DNA of 6,325 bases, from positions 1 to 6,325 of IMG/VR virus record IMGVR_UViG_3300020030_000091. One strand, given 5' to 3'. Both the position numbers and the translations under genes were made by a program. A model generated the notes under the pieces. The model worked only from the letters and a program-made list of their open reading frames with translations. It searched no databases and had not been told where the DNA came from. Of the stretch, positions 4,848-6,325 are shown piece after piece. The stretch is from a virus. The stretch's first letter is position 1; every line of letters begins with the position of its first letter.

Positions 4848-6325
4848 TCAGTTCTGATAAGAGAAAATACCAAACGAATCATTAATCTCCTTGTGTTTGA
4901 CCTTATCTCGACATTTCATCAATGAAGCAGCAGCCAAACGACGAACAAGAGGCAATTCATGGTAAGGTCTTTCCTTATCGCGGACAGTTCTATTATAACG
5001 GAAGGAGTAATTACGAAGCTCAAAGTCTACCAAATCCTTATCATTGGAATCGTCCAGAGTTTGATAAAAGTCTACAAGACGGTTATAATCATAACGACGC
5101 CAAAAGCCAATTATCTTTTCAGAAATTATTCGTAAGAATCTTTCTCGACAAAAGAGGTCTCCTCCAGGAGTGCCGCTGGACCAGAAGAGTTCTGAGCATC
5201 CATCTGTAGAATACGTTCGAATAAATTTCGAAATTCCGAGGAAGAAGCGATATACGCGGGAGAGACGATGAGTAGATTCCAAATCAACACCATCGTACAA
5301 ACGACATTCAGTAAGAATGAGAATATCACTATGCGGTAAATCCGCCTGAGGAGAAAGAAAATTCCTACATTCATTTGATTTTCCATAATTATCTACATAA
5401 TTTAAATAACATTTACAAAAAGACAAAACACTCTGTTTGGAAAGAGCACCTTCATTAAACGGGTCACAAGTTAAATCTGCACATCCGCTACGAACGACTC
5501 GTTCGGGCGCTGTGAACGCAGCAAAAAGTAACTGGTAAACGTCCGATGGAGATTTACGAATAGGGTCCGAAAATCGGGGGAATAGTCGAAGGAGATACGG
5601 CCAAGAAGGTTTAATTGTGCGAAAGTATCCATTGCGTTCAACGCGGACACCATCAAGGCACTTATTGGTAACTTCGTCAATTTCGGCAATTCGTACCTTT
5701 CGAGGAAAGAGATTTGATTCTGTAAATCCAATGGAATGGAAGGATTTAGGGCGCACCACTTTTGGCATCTGAGTATAAAAGTCGGGTAAAGCGACAAAAC
5801 TGTTAACATACGACGCAACATACGGTGCTGCGAATCCTCTCGACAATGACGCATCACAACGTCCGTAAGACCAAGCCTTAGATACATTTTCACAAACAGT
5901 TTCCGAGAATCGTGCGGAATTGGAAAACAATAACAAATGCCAATGCGGGCGGTAACTGGTAGGGCCATATTCTGATACAGCGTAGTAACGTAATTTTTCA
6001 TCTGGGTAGTAACTTCTTAAACGTTTTAAAAATAAGTCAAGGTCTCGATTGCAAACATAAGGAATCCTGTTAGGAACATTATGATTAATCTTTCCAAGAA
6101 TAGATAACAAATCCTTAGGTTTCATAGGATAAGTAAATCTAATCTCAGGGTCTTTAAATGTACGTTCTACAGTAGAACTTTTCAATCTAACAGAAGAGGA
6201 ACGAGGAACGCTGCGAAAACCGAACAGATAAGTGTTAGGATCACCAGCATCCAGGTCATCAATATTGGGAACGCAGGGAACATCCGCAATATCGTCCGTA
6301 CAAGTCTCAACAACCGAAACTTCCA
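4848..6325 (-). CDS. VP4: Replication initiation protein VP4, main body. The frame stays open to the window edge, and 6205..6325 duplicates 1..121. The ORF-track start at 6185 is an internal TTG (Leu123), not the real start.
   Basis: The HUH motif RPHWHLLLF has H-W-H at 5937..5945. The double-tyrosine catalytic motif YVASY at 5808..5822 is comparable to YVAKY of phiX174 protein A. A FLKRLR motif lies upstream of the HUH. The reading frame is continuous from 6323 down to the TGA at 4848..4850. The full protein is 1704 nt, or 567 aa, once circularised. Confidence 0.92.
   Translation of the reverse strand, partial: EVSVVETCTDDIADVPCVPNIDDLDAGDPNTYLFGFRSVPRSSSVRLKSSTVERTFKDPEIRFTYPMKPKDLLSILGKINHNVPNRIPYVCNRDLDLFLKRLRSYYPDEKLRYYAVSEYGPTSYRPHWHLLLFSNSARFSETVCENVSKAWSYGRCDASLSRGFAAPYVASYVNSFVALPDFYTQMPKVVRPKSFHSIGFTESNLFPRKVRIAEIDEVTNKCLDGVRVERNGYFRTIKPSWPYLLRLFPRFSDPIRKSPSDVYQLLFAAFTAPERVVRSGCADLTCDPFNEGALSKQSVLSFCKCYLNYVDNYGKSNECRNFLSPQADLPHSDILILTECRLYDGVDLESTHRLSRVYRFFLGISKFIRTYSTDGCSELFWSSGTPGGDLFCRERFLRIISEKIIGFWRRYDYNRLVDFYQTLDDSNDKDLVDFELRNYSFRYNRTVRDKERPYHELPLVRRLAAASLMKCRDKVKHKEINDSFGIFSYQN
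6205..6325. repeat. Terminal direct repeat, copy 2 (identical to 1..121)
   Basis: Same comparison as for copy 1. Confidence 0.97.

Larger units (their letters stand above)
1..6204 (-). other. One complete genome unit of a circular ssDNA Microviridae phage (Alpavirinae-like), with all genes on the minus strand
   Basis: The unit length of 6204 nt follows from the 121-nt terminal redundancy. VP1, VP2 and VP4 hallmark proteins are all on one strand. Genes are tightly packed with overlapping start and stop codons. The coding strand is T-rich. Confidence 0.9.

Noticed and set aside
1380-5209. Long plus-strand ORFs antisense to VP2, the 160-aa ORF, VP1 and VP4 (1380..1781, 2250..2459, 2456..2653, 2708..2962, 3040..3417, 3463..3843, 4519..4857, 4922..5209)
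   Set aside because: These are shadow ORFs on the complement of real genes. Their products are low-complexity and Arg/Asn/Ile/Ser-rich with no motifs, and an ssDNA microvirus has no precedent for antisense genes.
6197-6210. Tandem aggaacg-aggaacg duplication right at the repeat boundary
   Set aside because: It lies in frame within VP4 coding sequence (..PRSS..) and is too short to mean anything. It probably just coincides with the point where the assembler cut the circle.
1-6325. Searched for an integrase, reverse transcriptase, CRISPR array, toxin-antitoxin pair or other defence or mobile-element modules
   Set aside because: No ORF has the corresponding motifs. There are no repeat-spacer arrays. 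Every long coding-strand ORF is accounted for by microvirus functions or is a small orphan.

Overview
The window is one complete circular ssDNA microvirus genome (family Microviridae) that was linearised with a terminal overlap. Bases 1..121 are identical to 6205..6325, so the genome unit is 6204 nt.

All credible genes lie on the minus strand, which is T-rich and is therefore the virion and mRNA sense. Going down in coordinates, the order is:
- replication initiator VP4, 567 aa. It starts at 347, runs off the left edge and continues from 6204 down to 4848.
- major capsid protein VP1 (2971..4845).
- an acidic 160-aa protein (2474..2956).
- pilot/minor capsid protein VP2 (1377..2474).
- a rho-independent terminator.
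- a 444-nt noncoding region (933..1376).
- a Bacteroidota-type promoter.
- a 65-aa orphan ORF.
- a 29-aa single-pass membrane peptide that is absent from the ORF track.
- a minimal 102-aa M15-family zinc peptidase whose stop overlaps the VP4 start (ATGA).

Genome size, the large VP4 and VP1, and the TTTG/TAnnTTTG promoter suggest an Alpavirinae-like phage of a Bacteroidota host. This is inference from motifs I recognise, because no database search was possible.

The points most worth follow-up are:
- the membrane-peptide plus peptidase pair, which looks like a holin/endolysin-type lysis module in a virus family better known for single-gene or unknown lysis.
- the unusually large, compositionally mosaic noncoding region. 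It has an extended hairpin, an AT-rich tandem repeat and a GC-rich island of unknown function.
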